The position numbers and the translations under genes were made by a program. A stretch of 64,000 nt of DNA from sequence record MF360958.1; one strand, written 5' to 3'. The notes below the pieces were generated by a model. It searched no databases. It had not been told where the DNA came from and saw nothing but the letters and a program-made list of their open reading frames with translations. Positions 34,989-44,686 of this stretch are shown piece by piece; the first letter of the stretch is position 1, and each line of letters opens with the position of its first letter.

Positions 34989-35725
34989 ATGTCTGCCGAA
35001 GTCGATTTTAAAGTAAAAGCATCTATCGGTAACTATATTGTTGGAAGTATTGTAATGGATGATCTCAATCATACTGTTGCAGAATTTCTCAATGGTGAAT
35101 ATGACCAGTATGTAAAAATGGCTCTTTATCATGCATCCAATGATGAAGTTCCTGAGAACGAAGAAGATTACAACACGTCTTACTATAATGATGTTCTGGA
35201 AAATCTCAAACATCGTGGGCGTCTTCTAGCTCAGAAGAAATTGAAAGAAGCATTTGAACAAATAGGCAGTAATGATCTTGAAGTCACTGACCATAGTGCT
35301 TCATTCAAAGATATGAATTCTATTTCGGAGCACGGAACAGTAGCGGAAATTTCTGAAAAAACCGGATTGTCTAAAAAGAAAGTTCGCAAGATGAAACAAG
35401 ACGGAACGCTTGATCAGTATATTACTGAAAATCTATAAGATATTATTCTCCCGGTATATACCGGGGGAAATTAAGGTTCAAGAATATGAAATCACAAAAG
35501 CTAAAAAAAGTTTTACAGTTTTTAAAACTAAAACGTAGTGATAACGACCAAGCAATCATAGATTATATCAATAATTCTTCAACCAACGTAAGAATTGTTG
35601 GTAGAGGAACAGTAATTAGAGATTATTCTGATATTTCAGAAGAAACGTTAGAAAAGCATAGACAAATCGCTAAAGATTTAGTAGACGGCCACCAAAGTTA
35701 TGACCATGATGGTTTTCCAAAGTAA
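34989..35725 (+). CDS. two hypothetical proteins (34989..35438, 35486..35725)
   Basis: ORFs downstream of the promoter at 34924. Confidence 0.55.
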
Positions 35726-35736
35726 ATTTTAATAAT

Positions 35737-36213
35737 TCAGAACTCTTTCTTTTCATCATAAAATTTTACATTAGGAAATTTCTCTGCATATTGAATAAAT
35801 ATATGCATTGATTTCTTCATTCCAGCAGGCGTATAGCTACTTTGTCTAATATGATTAATACCGTTTTCTGAACAATACTCAAAAAACTTTTTAATGATTA
35901 CACGAGATAACCCTAGATTTCTATAATCATTATGAACACTTACATTACTCACCCATTTATTGTATTCCATACCTCTGGTATATTCTGGATCAACGATTTC
36001 AAGAGTCAGTGAAGCTGCTATAGTGTTTTCATCTTCATCAATTAGAAAGAAATGAAGTTTTTCAGTATTCATTGACCCTACAATATCAAGATATTGATTT
36101 TCTTCAATACCTTCGTATTCATATTCGAATAGAATATCATTCGTGAATTCGGAAGGATATTGAGAATTTTGATTGGTACTGAAAACTTTAAATTCCATAA
36201 TAGTATTTATCAA
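35737..36213 (-). CDS. GNAT-family acetyltransferase
   Basis: WVSNVSVHNDYRNLGLSRVII acetyl-CoA-binding motif A. Confidence 0.75.
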   Translation of the reverse strand: MINTIMEFKVFSTNQNSQYPSEFTNDILFEYEYEGIEENQYLDIVGSMNTEKLHFFLIDEDENTIAASLTLEIVDPEYTRGMEYNKWVSNVSVHNDYRNLGLSRVIIKKFFEYCSENGINHIRQSSYTPAGMKKSMHIFIQYAEKFPNVKFYDEKKEF

Positions 36214-36779
36214 ATATTTAAATATTTAAGGAGATTGGATATTGATTGTTGATTTTTAATATTAAAAACAGGAATATTGTATAATGAAGCTAATTTTATA
36301 GCTGTTCCTGTACCACCCGTATTAAAAGTAACTTCTGTATGATGCTCTGCACCATCATCTGTATAACATATAACACATTCTGATGGTGTTTCTAAATCTT
36401 GACCAAAAACTTGAAATACATTTCGTGTATGGAAATTTAATACAGTAGCTTTCATTGCTTTAATATTACGAATTTCAGACAGTATTGTTTGAGCCGTTTT
36501 TATTTTTTCTTTGGAAAGGTTTTTCAAATATAACTGTGAACTACTATTATTAAATTGTTCCCATGGTAGAAATATTTCTTTATGGTTAGCATACAATTCA
36601 AACGCGCTGTCAGAACCGTTTGCCGCGCCAGAACGCCATACAATATCATAATAGGCATTAAGTAAATATACTAAATCATAGATTGTTTGAGTAGCTTTAG
36701 GTGGTACTGTACGACTGCCTACACCTGTTATGAATACGTTTTCTTTATAGTTTTGTTTTGGAAAATTATCTTGAATCAT
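36210..36779 (-). CDS. DprA/Smf-like (SLOG) nucleotide-binding protein
   Basis: ITGVGSRTVP...WRSGAANGSDSAFE...GGTGTAIKLA...IPVFNI. Confidence 0.7.
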   Translation of the reverse strand: MIQDNFPKQNYKENVFITGVGSRTVPPKATQTIYDLVYLLNAYYDIVWRSGAANGSDSAFELYANHKEIFLPWEQFNNSSSQLYLKNLSKEKIKTAQTILSEIRNIKAMKATVLNFHTRNVFQVFGQDLETPSECVICYTDDGAEHHTEVTFNTGGTGTAIKLASLYNIPVFNIKNQQSISNLLKYLNI

Positions 36780-36817
36780 GTAATAATATTATCATTTTAT
36801 TAATATTCGTCAATATG

Positions 36818-37297
36818 TTATTCGTAACTATCTTGTATGTTGGATAGCAATAAACCCATCATATAATTAGTTTGATTGTCTTGTTCTTTAACTTCTTCTT
36901 TTGCCTGCTGATTTGAGATCCAACTTTGAAATTTGCTTTTAGCATTTGCCTGTAATGTTTCATAAGGTTCAGCTTTAGGAAGATAATGATAAATTCTTAA
37001 TGTTGTGATCCATTTTCCTTTTTCATCTTCTACTTCAACAACATAGTAAAGGTTGTCATCTACTTTATCGACAACTTGAGTAATATGTCCAATGTATCCA
37101 TTTTGTTTAAAAGCATTTTCTTCGACGCGCTCAAACATTAATCCGCCTTGATCGCGAGCTTTTTCATTGTCAATCTCTGGATCATAAACATCTTGCTCAT
37201 AGATACCATTTTCAGCATCATCAATCATTTTCATGTATTGTGATATTGATTTCATAATTTCACACCTTATTTTAATAAAATTTATTCTTAACAGCAT
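36818..37297 (-). CDS. hypothetical protein (likely start MKSISQYMKM at 37255)
   Basis: N-terminus resembles 4677..5213 and 60411..60671. Confidence 0.55.
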   Translation of the reverse strand: MLLRINFIKIRCEIMKSISQYMKMIDDAENGIYEQDVYDPEIDNEKARDQGGLMFERVEENAFKQNGYIGHITQVVDKVDDNLYYVVEVEDEKGKWITTLRIYHYLPKAEPYETLQANAKSKFQSWISNQQAKEEVKEQDNQTNYMMGLLLSNIQDSYE

Positions 37298-37360
37298 TGA
37301 AATAGAATCTAATTTTGTTTATAATATATTTATTGAATCGTTGGAAAAAGAGGAATCTTA

Positions 37361-38017
37361 ATGAGTATCCAAGCCAAAGAAACTTTCATTATTAACAATG
37401 ATTACAACAAAGATGTTATTACTCGTAATGCTCAAGAAATCATCCATCATAACATGACCGTTGTACATGGTCTTGGAACATATAATTTTAAGATTCTGAA
37501 AGCATCTAAATATGAAACGTTGCCCAAAAATCTCAAACGAGCCATGGGCTGGTGCGACTTTTTTACAAAAACTATCGTATTGAATGAAGACTATTTGGAA
37601 GTATGCAATCTGGATATTATTGTTGACACCCTGTTTCACGAGTTAGCACATGCGCTTGCTTTTGAAATTTATGGAGACACAGGCCATGGTAAATATTGGA
37701 AACATGTTTGTCGCCAAATTGGATGTGATGATACAGCAAAAGCCGATCTCAACAATGAAAATTTTTCACAAGAATATGTAGAAGCTGTTAAAAAAGAACG
37801 TGTTAACAACTCCAAATGGGCTGTTGTTCTTGTTATCCATGATGAGAGTGGGAAAATAGTCAACTATAAGGTTATGACACATTGCAAACGTCGCCTTAAA
37901 AACTTGGAGCGTCGTGGTTATAGAACTATTCCTAATAGCGTAGGCAATCTGTACCATATTCCTAACGAATACAGTAAAAGTGATGTTGATACTGTTAAAA
38001 GTGTAATGTTTCAATAA
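37361..38017 (+). CDS. SprT-like zinc metalloprotease
   Basis: MGWCD...TLFHELAHALA...GHGKYWKHVCRQIG (HExxH). Confidence 0.85.
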   Translation: MSIQAKETFIINNDYNKDVITRNAQEIIHHNMTVVHGLGTYNFKILKASKYETLPKNLKRAMGWCDFFTKTIVLNEDYLEVCNLDIIVDTLFHELAHALAFEIYGDTGHGKYWKHVCRQIGCDDTAKADLNNENFSQEYVEAVKKERVNNSKWAVVLVIHDESGKIVNYKVMTHCKRRLKNLERRGYRTIPNSVGNLYHIPNEYSKSDVDTVKSVMFQ

Positions 38018-38073
38018 TATTGACAAAATATTGATAGTTGCATTATAATAGATAAACTATTAAGGATTTAAGT

Positions 38074-38616
38074 ATGACTGAGCAAAGTTCTGAAACACCT
38101 AAGCGTCTTATCAAAGAACCTGAATATATTGGACAAAATTATAATATGATTATGTCAGAATTCATCAGTAACGTTGATGAAAAGCGTCAATCTCGTGAAG
38201 CATTGGGTGATATTTCAGCAAAGCGTTGGGTTTGTGGATTTCCATTGCCCGAATTTCAACGTCCTTCAGTATGGACGTTAGATCAAAAAGTTTCTTATAT
38301 TGAAACAATTTGGTGTCGTCAAGCCTCGGGCTCGTTTGTTATTGTAGAAGAAAAGCCGGGTAGTGGACTTCCTTTTCAGGGATGTATTATTGATGGTCAG
38401 CAACGGCTTGAAGCTCTAGAAGAATATGTCAATGATGAATTTAAAGTATATGGTTACTATTGGTCTGAATTGACCAATATTGATCGTCGGTCATTTAAAC
38501 TAACACGTAATATCCCTGTTCAATCCATTCGTCTTTATGATGAATCGAAACTTCGTGAACTGTATAATAAATTGAATTTTGCTGGTACGCCTCATAAGGA
38601 ATCGGAAAAAGCTTAA
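38074..38616 (+). CDS. DUF262/GmrSD N-terminal (ParB-like) domain protein
   Basis: LPEFQRPSVWT...IIDGQQRL. Confidence 0.85.
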   Translation: MTEQSSETPKRLIKEPEYIGQNYNMIMSEFISNVDEKRQSREALGDISAKRWVCGFPLPEFQRPSVWTLDQKVSYIETIWCRQASGSFVIVEEKPGSGLPFQGCIIDGQQRLEALEEYVNDEFKVYGYYWSELTNIDRRSFKLTRNIPVQSIRLYDESKLRELYNKLNFAGTPHKESEKA

Positions 38617-38643
38617 TATAATAATTATAAGTTTTAAAAATGT

Positions 38644-38859
38644 TTGGAGAAACAATTAATGACATACTCGGTAATTGGATTAATTATGTTGATTGTTGGT
38701 TTTTACCTATTATGGACCCCCGCAATTAGCATCGAACTAATAAAAGCACTACCTTATATTAATGATAATAATTATTTCATTATCCATATTGTTTTACAGA
38801 TTATTGGTACCATTTTGATGGTTAGTGCTTTTATAATGATTGAAATCGCTAATCTTTAG
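38644..38859 (+). CDS. small membrane protein
   Basis: Two hydrophobic helices. Confidence 0.5.
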   Translation: MEKQLMTYSVIGLIMLIVGFYLLWTPAISIELIKALPYINDNNYFIIHIVLQIIGTILMVSAFIMIEIANL

Positions 38860-38901
38860 CAAATAAATTTAATTCATTATTCATTTAAAAGAGATACAAC
38901 A

Positions 38902-39168
38902 ATGGTTCCCAAACCTAAGCTAGTACTATATACTTTTTGGTTTATTGCTGCCTTGAGTATTTTTGTTTTAAATTGTTTTGGAGCATTCTATATTACCTTT
39001 ATAAATGATACAATTTTGTTGGTGGAAGTTGGTATTTTTTGAAGAAGTGCAGCATCTCTATTGGGCCTGATTGCGAGTTTAGAATTTCTTATAACTATTG
39101 TCTTTACGATTCATGGGTTAATCAAATCATATATTGATGAATATATGGGATTAACTACAAAACTATAA
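38902..39168 (+). pseudogene. membrane protein with in-frame TGA (39040-39042)
   Basis: MVPKPKLVLYTFWFIAALS...EVGIF*RSAASLLGLIASLEFLITIV...TTKL*; the hydrophobic pattern continues through the TGA. Confidence 0.5.
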
Positions 39169-39186
39169 TTAAAAAGGTTAGAACAT

Positions 39187-39895
39187 ATGGCGCTTTATCC
39201 TAATGATATTGAAGTCGGAGATACAATTAGATTACACCACCCTTGTAGTAATAATCCAGATGATGGAACAGAATTTATTGTAGAATCGAAAAACGGTGAA
39301 AAAGCATTTAATATTTTATGTACACATGGTAGTTGGAATGGTGTTTACGATCCTGAAATGAGTATGATTTCGATCAATGCTACTGGTAAAATGATGTTTG
39401 CTTATCATGAAATCGTTAGAAGGAAAAAGAAATAGCATTGAATAGATACAAAATTTCTAGTATGATAGTTATCAATTCACAATAATTTTAGGGTAAAGTA
39501 TGAGAGATAGTAATATTACATTTTATAAATCAAACCTTTATAATGAAGATTTTGCAAAACTTGATGAAATTACTAAATGTAATGATGGGAATACAATTGT
39601 TGCTCGTGTTACTACAAGGGATCAATATGTAGATTACACAATTGCTCCTTTGATTGGTAACGGTATTAATGCAGCTGGTGTTCGTTTTGAGACTTCTGTA
39701 GATAATCCGATTACATTTGATTATGAACAATACGAAATTAGTGAAATTTTAATTGATGTAGAACATTTTACGCATCCATATGTAAGTGTTGTATGTTCAA
39801 AACATGAATATCATATTATCATTATTAACGATCCTTTTCATCGTTATACTGATCGAAAAGAAGTTTATTTTGAAACGAAAAGTCTAGATATTTAA
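39187..39895 (+). CDS. two hypothetical proteins (39187..39435, 39500..39895)
   Basis: ORF track. Confidence 0.55.
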
Positions 39896-39908
39896 TAAGG
39901 TTGAAATT

Positions 39909-40502
39909 ATGAAACATAGTAAAGATACACGTTTTTCAGATGAGATTGCAGAAGAAATTGGCAGTAAAGTTATTTACATGCCTAATTATGTAAATAATTG
40001 TGATGAAGCATACGATAAACTTATCAATGAATTGGATTGGGAACATCGTGGAACTACGCCGCGTTATGAATACTATGCCAATGATTGGAATCGATCATAT
40101 GCTTATGGTTCTGAAAAGAATCCAAAAAAGTTTGATCCTAAACCATGGCATCCGGTGATGCTCGGTATTCGTTATGATCTTGAGAAAGATTTTAACTGTA
40201 CTTTTGATGTTTGCTTTATCAATATGTATCGTAATAAGAAAGATCATCTTGGATGGCATTCAGATGATAGTCCTGAAATGGATACGCATCGTCCAATTGT
40301 TACTGTTAGTCTAGGTGCGGAAAGAAATTTTTGGTTTCGTCGTATTGGTGGCGAAGAAGTGTATTCAGTATTTCTTGAAAATGGAAGTGCTTGTGTTATG
40401 CCTGCACGTTTCCAAGAAACCTATCAGCATCGTATTCCAAAACATGATCGCGATTGTGGACCAAGGCTTAGCCTTACCTTTCGTGGATTTGTTGATGTAT
40501 AA
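39909..40502 (+). CDS. AlkB-family 2OG-Fe(II) dioxygenase
   Basis: CFINMYRNKKDHLGWHSD...SLGAERNF...YQHRIPK...RLSLTFR (HxD...H...R). Confidence 0.9.
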   Translation: MKHSKDTRFSDEIAEEIGSKVIYMPNYVNNCDEAYDKLINELDWEHRGTTPRYEYYANDWNRSYAYGSEKNPKKFDPKPWHPVMLGIRYDLEKDFNCTFDVCFINMYRNKKDHLGWHSDDSPEMDTHRPIVTVSLGAERNFWFRRIGGEEVYSVFLENGSACVMPARFQETYQHRIPKHDRDCGPRLSLTFRGFVDV

Positions 40503-40679
40503 ACTTTAAGGGGGAAGTTATGATTCTATACTTTTATGATTCAGAAGGAAAACTGAGAGCAATTGAAGGTGATCTTGATATCACCGATCAAAAACAAGTT
40601 AAAGAGGATATTAAGAAACAAACTGGTATTAAAGTTAAATCCTCTGTTCTTAAAATCGTAAACAATAAAGGATAATGAT

Positions 40680-40934
40680 ATGGACAATAAACAAAATATA
40701 GGATTTGGTATTGATTTTAATGGAGACGTGATTCCGATTAAACCATGTATTAATTGTGGCAAACACGATTTTGAGATGATCGATACACTTTATCCAGAAA
40801 ATCGTGAAAGAACACGATGGGTGTGTGGATGTATGGCTCATAACTGTGGATGTGGCAGACAGGTTTATGGACAATCTAAAGAAGAAGCTATTCAGCGTTG
40901 GAACAGTGGTGCTATCGATGAGATCATGTATTAA
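40680..40934 (+). CDS. Lar-like (restriction alleviation) zinc-finger protein
   Basis: KPCINCG...VCGCMAHNCGCG...SKEEAIQRWN. Confidence 0.55.
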   Translation: MDNKQNIGFGIDFNGDVIPIKPCINCGKHDFEMIDTLYPENRERTRWVCGCMAHNCGCGRQVYGQSKEEAIQRWNSGAIDEIMY

Positions 40935-40951
40935 GCAAAAGGTATAATATT

Positions 40952-41968
40952 ATGTATGGACCTATAATTTATTTTTTCTTATTCGGAATAACTATAGTGA
41001 TGCTCTTAATTTCTATAGCGATAACGTTTATAAAAACAGATAAAAAAACAAAAGATATTAATAAATCGACTTTTATTTTTGTTGTGTGTATTAGGTTTTA
41101 TAGTTTAATTAATTTTACATTGTTAGGTATTTTAGACAGTGAATATAATATCCACGAATATCTGTTAGAACAATTTAATTGTGAATATAATATTGAAGAA
41201 AATGAGAAATGTATGTTACAATTTGACGTAGTTAAAAAGGAATAAGTCAATGAGCAATTCAAACGTCATGTACATTTTTACAGTTGAAATAAAAAAATCT
41301 GGTTTCACATCTATTGTTTCGGTAGAAATTGATTCTTTTATGAAAATCAACACTACTGAATATATTTCTATTGATAAACTATTAAAGATGATGAAGCTAT
41401 ATGACGCCAATGTAAAAACAACATGTCATAAATTGAACATTGATTATGATATGGTTGATAATGATGCTAAGAATATTCGTGGCATGATGATACGTCAAAT
41501 GCATAGTAATTCAGAAGGTCTGTTTGGCGTAACTACAGATATTGATCTTAATCGTGAAGGATTACAACGAATTTTAGATATGCATTACGAAGATGGAACA
41601 ATCGAAGATTTTTTAAATAAAAGTTATATTGGCATTGGCAATATTTATAGTTTTGATAGAGATTAATTATGAAGAAGAATAAATTGAAACCTATCGATGA
41701 AACTACAAAACATAGTTTAAAAGTTATTCTTCATAACCATAATTATGAAAGAAAGCGTTACAATGAAAATAGAGTAGAACCTGACGATCTGGACGAGTAT
41801 TTTAAATGTTTAACAAGAGTTAATGAACATTTTACATATTGTTTTACTATGCCTTCGGGATTAGATCGTAGTGAAAATGATCAATTAGATGAGGCATGTG
41901 ATTATATAGAACACCTACAAGATGAAATAAACTACTTGAAAAAATACATAAATTTTATTTCTAATTAA
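40952..41968 (+). CDS. three hypothetical proteins (40952, 41250, 41669)
   Basis: ORF track. Confidence 0.5.
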
Positions 41969-42734
41969 TGTACTTTTTAATATAATCTAAAGGTATAGCA
42001 ATAAAATCATTATCAAACCAAAGTTCGTTGTTATTACCAGATTGACTAAATGGCGTATCCTTTACTGATTTTAAATCGAAACCATTTTCAGTAGGAGAAA
42101 ACCAATATTGAATAAAATTGTAAAGAGTCTCTTTTTCTTTTAAAAGATGTATAAACGCATCATCTATCCACTGGTCCCTTTCAATATGATTTTTTATTTC
42201 TTCATCGTAGTTTATGTTTTTAATAGATTTTTCAAATTCTTGAAAATTTGGCTTAGCCGTATAACCTTTTAATTCTAATATATCTTTTATTAGAATAACA
42301 ATATCATCTTCTTCCAAATTGAAGTTTTGAAACACTTCCCATATATCTGGTTTAGGAACAACACCTATTTTCGTGTCATTTTTAGGAAGTAAAACACATG
42401 TTACTCCCATACCCTCTTCTCCATAATCCATAGCGGTTTTTCGATTATTACTGCAAATGACATTTCGGTGTGGGAATTCGGACCAGTCTGAATGATTGTT
42501 AATCCATAATGTATAATAATTATACGTGTTACGTGATTCGCGATTTTTTACAGGAGTTCCATAATAGATATTATCGGATTCGGGATCTATATTACTTAAT
42601 GAATCAAATCCTTTAAATATAAAATCTTTTTGTAGTGCTCGTTCATATGCTTGAGAGAAATCGCCGTTTATATGTTTTTGAAATTTATCATATTCAATAT
42701 TATTAATATCTTCGGTTAAGTTGTGAATTTTCAT
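41961..42734 (-). CDS. late protein, MKIxxLxE family; possible ART-like fold
   Basis: MKIHNLTED; FIFKG...RNVICSNNRKTAMDYG...LLP...NNELWF; TATAAATA upstream. Confidence 0.55.
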   Translation of the reverse strand: MKIHNLTEDINNIEYDKFQKHINGDFSQAYERALQKDFIFKGFDSLSNIDPESDNIYYGTPVKNRESRNTYNYYTLWINNHSDWSEFPHRNVICSNNRKTAMDYGEEGMGVTCVLLPKNDTKIGVVPKPDIWEVFQNFNLEEDDIVILIKDILELKGYTAKPNFQEFEKSIKNINYDEEIKNHIERDQWIDDAFIHLLKEKETLYNFIQYWFSPTENGFDLKSVKDTPFSQSGNNNELWFDNDFIAIPLDYIKKYIN

Positions 42735-42790
42735 AAAATATTTCTCTTGAACTTTTTATCTAATGTATTTATAATAATGGTATATTATTA

Positions 42791-43450
42791 ATGAGGTTGT
42801 ATATGGTTGATGTTATTAACAAACCAGTTTACGTTTGTGAATATTGTTCAAAAGAATATCTCAAAGAGAAAACATGTATTAATCATGAAAAGAAGTGTGG
42901 CAGTGAGAAAGCAAAAAATGATATTATTGCTTCTTTTCTCAAGGATAAAGATTATGTACGAAAGAATGCTAAAAATATTGAGCATTTAATCGATCTTATT
43001 AAAGAGCAAATCTATAACAAAACTGGTATTAATGTTGATGTTGATATTATCAATGTAAAATATTCTAAAATCATTCCTAATACGCATAGTTGTCCCATAG
43101 ATGGTGTTAGAAATTGGAAACAACAATCTGATAGACCAGTTGGTTATATTGGTTTCACAGGGCGTATTGCTCTCACAATTACTAATCGTGAACTAAAATA
43201 TTTGAAAGAAAATAAATCATTAAAGATGATGAATGACAATATTCTAAGTCATATTATAACAGATAAAAATGGAGTATTTTTCGAAGGGGTTAATACAGAG
43301 TCTGGAAGCGCTAATGATAAAATGGCTCAATATTATGTATGTCTTTTTCTGGATGACTTTCCTGAAATGAAAAAGATGTGGAAAAAATTGAAACTTGAAG
43401 CTGAAGATGATGATCATCTTCAATCATTGATTTGGTATAGATTGATGTGA
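42791..43450 (+). CDS. hypothetical protein with N-terminal zinc finger
   Basis: YVCEYCSKEY...CINHEKKC. Confidence 0.55.
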   Translation: MRLYMVDVINKPVYVCEYCSKEYLKEKTCINHEKKCGSEKAKNDIIASFLKDKDYVRKNAKNIEHLIDLIKEQIYNKTGINVDVDIINVKYSKIIPNTHSCPIDGVRNWKQQSDRPVGYIGFTGRIALTITNRELKYLKENKSLKMMNDNILSHIITDKNGVFFEGVNTESGSANDKMAQYYVCLFLDDFPEMKKMWKKLKLEAEDDDHLQSLIWYRLM

Positions 43451-43481
43451 TAAATATTGTTTAAAACGATAGGAAAATATT

Positions 43482-44012
43482 ATGAGAATAAAACAAATAA
43501 CAGAAAATACTGGCAGTGATTATGATTCTGAAAGCGATTATGATGTTGAAGGTGTAAAAATCACATCTGAAAAACTTAATGGTAAAATAGTACGTAGAGC
43601 AGGAATAATCCCATATATTATTGATAATGATGGAAATATTCATGTATATACAATGATCCCTAGCGATCCCGATTACGGCGGAACACAGCCTCAAATAGCT
43701 AAAGGAAAGATGCATAACAATTTAACTAGTGAACAAACAGCATGGAATGAAGGTGAAGAAGAATTAGGATTAATTAAAAGTAATACAAAAAACTTTGAAT
43801 TATTAAAAGTTTATCCATATAACCAAGATCATTCAGGATCAAATGATAATCTTGCAGTTTATATTGTCGAAGTTATTGATTCTGAAAAATGGAATGAACC
43901 TCATTATGAAACAGGTTGGTCTGGTTGGATTAATATTACTAATAATTTATCTAAAATACGAGATATTCAACAAAATATTTTCAAAGATTTACACTCTCAT
44001 ATAAAAAATTAA
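43482..44012 (+). CDS. Nudix hydrolase (late, MRIKQITE N-terminus)
   Basis: PQIAKGKMHNNLTSEQTAWNEGEEELG variant Nudix box; GATAAATA upstream. Confidence 0.75.
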   Translation: MRIKQITENTGSDYDSESDYDVEGVKITSEKLNGKIVRRAGIIPYIIDNDGNIHVYTMIPSDPDYGGTQPQIAKGKMHNNLTSEQTAWNEGEEELGLIKSNTKNFELLKVYPYNQDHSGSNDNLAVYIVEVIDSEKWNEPHYETGWSGWINITNNLSKIRDIQQNIFKDLHSHIKN

Positions 44013-44033
44013 ATTCACATTGAGGAAAATAAC

Positions 44034-44426
44034 ATGGAATCAAAACAAGTAATTGTAGTACGTAAAGATATTGAAATGCCTAAAGGTAAAATGGCTGCGC
44101 AAGTCAGTCATGCTTCATTGGGCTGTATTCTTAAAGTCATGAGACAATCTGAAGATACGTTTCATTTCGAAACAAAAGAAGATTGTGGTATTTCAAATTG
44201 GCTTAATGGAAGTTTTACTAAGATCACTCTATATTGCAATAATCTCGTTGATATGATGAATATTGATTTACAAGCAAGAAATGCAGGGTTGGTCACGTGC
44301 GTTATTGAAGACGAAGGAAGGACTGTATTTAATAATGAACCTACATATACATGTCTTGGTATTGGTCCTGATTTTGTTGATAATTTTGAAGGGATCACTG
44401 ATCATCTGAAAATGATTCGAAATTAG
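44034..44426 (+). CDS. pth2: peptidyl-tRNA hydrolase type 2
   Basis: KQVIVVRKDIEMPKGKMAAQVSHAS...IEDEGRTVF...TCLGIGP. Confidence 0.9.
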   Translation: MESKQVIVVRKDIEMPKGKMAAQVSHASLGCILKVMRQSEDTFHFETKEDCGISNWLNGSFTKITLYCNNLVDMMNIDLQARNAGLVTCVIEDEGRTVFNNEPTYTCLGIGPDFVDNFEGITDHLKMIRN

Positions 44427-44465
44427 TATTGACAAGGAAGTAATATTTTCATATAATATTTATAT

Positions 44466-44672
44466 GCTGTGAACGGTTGGTGACCGTATCGGGGGTGTAT
44501 CCTCGGTCTATGCTGGTTCGATTCCAGATAATGGTACAACGCCCTAGCGGGACAAACGGGTTCGATTCCCGGCACAGCAACTAAATTTGAACTGGCTTTC
44601 TCGTTATTTACCTCCCATGTCCCTATACGAGAAAGAGACTTCGGATGTTGCCGCATCGCGGAAGTCCCCTAA
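44466..44672 (+). ncRNA. tRNA-like structured RNA with two T-loop hairpins plus 3' hairpins
   Basis: Follows a perfect TTGACA-N17-TATAAT (44429-57). GCTGTG/CACAGC acceptor-like stem; CTGG-TTCGATT-CCAG and CGGG-TTCGATT-CCCG hairpins; CTTTCTCGT/ACGAGAAAG and GACTTC/GAAGTC stems. GC-rich island. Confidence 0.65.
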
Positions 44673-44686
44673 CACCAATATAGTAT

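Noticed and set aside
44423-44656. 77-aa minus-strand ORF over the 44466 RNA, or tmRNA identity for that RNA
   Set aside because: The ORF is antisense to a promoter-driven structured island. The RNA lacks the GGGGC 5' end, G3:U70, a tag ORF and CCA, and is too short for tmRNA.
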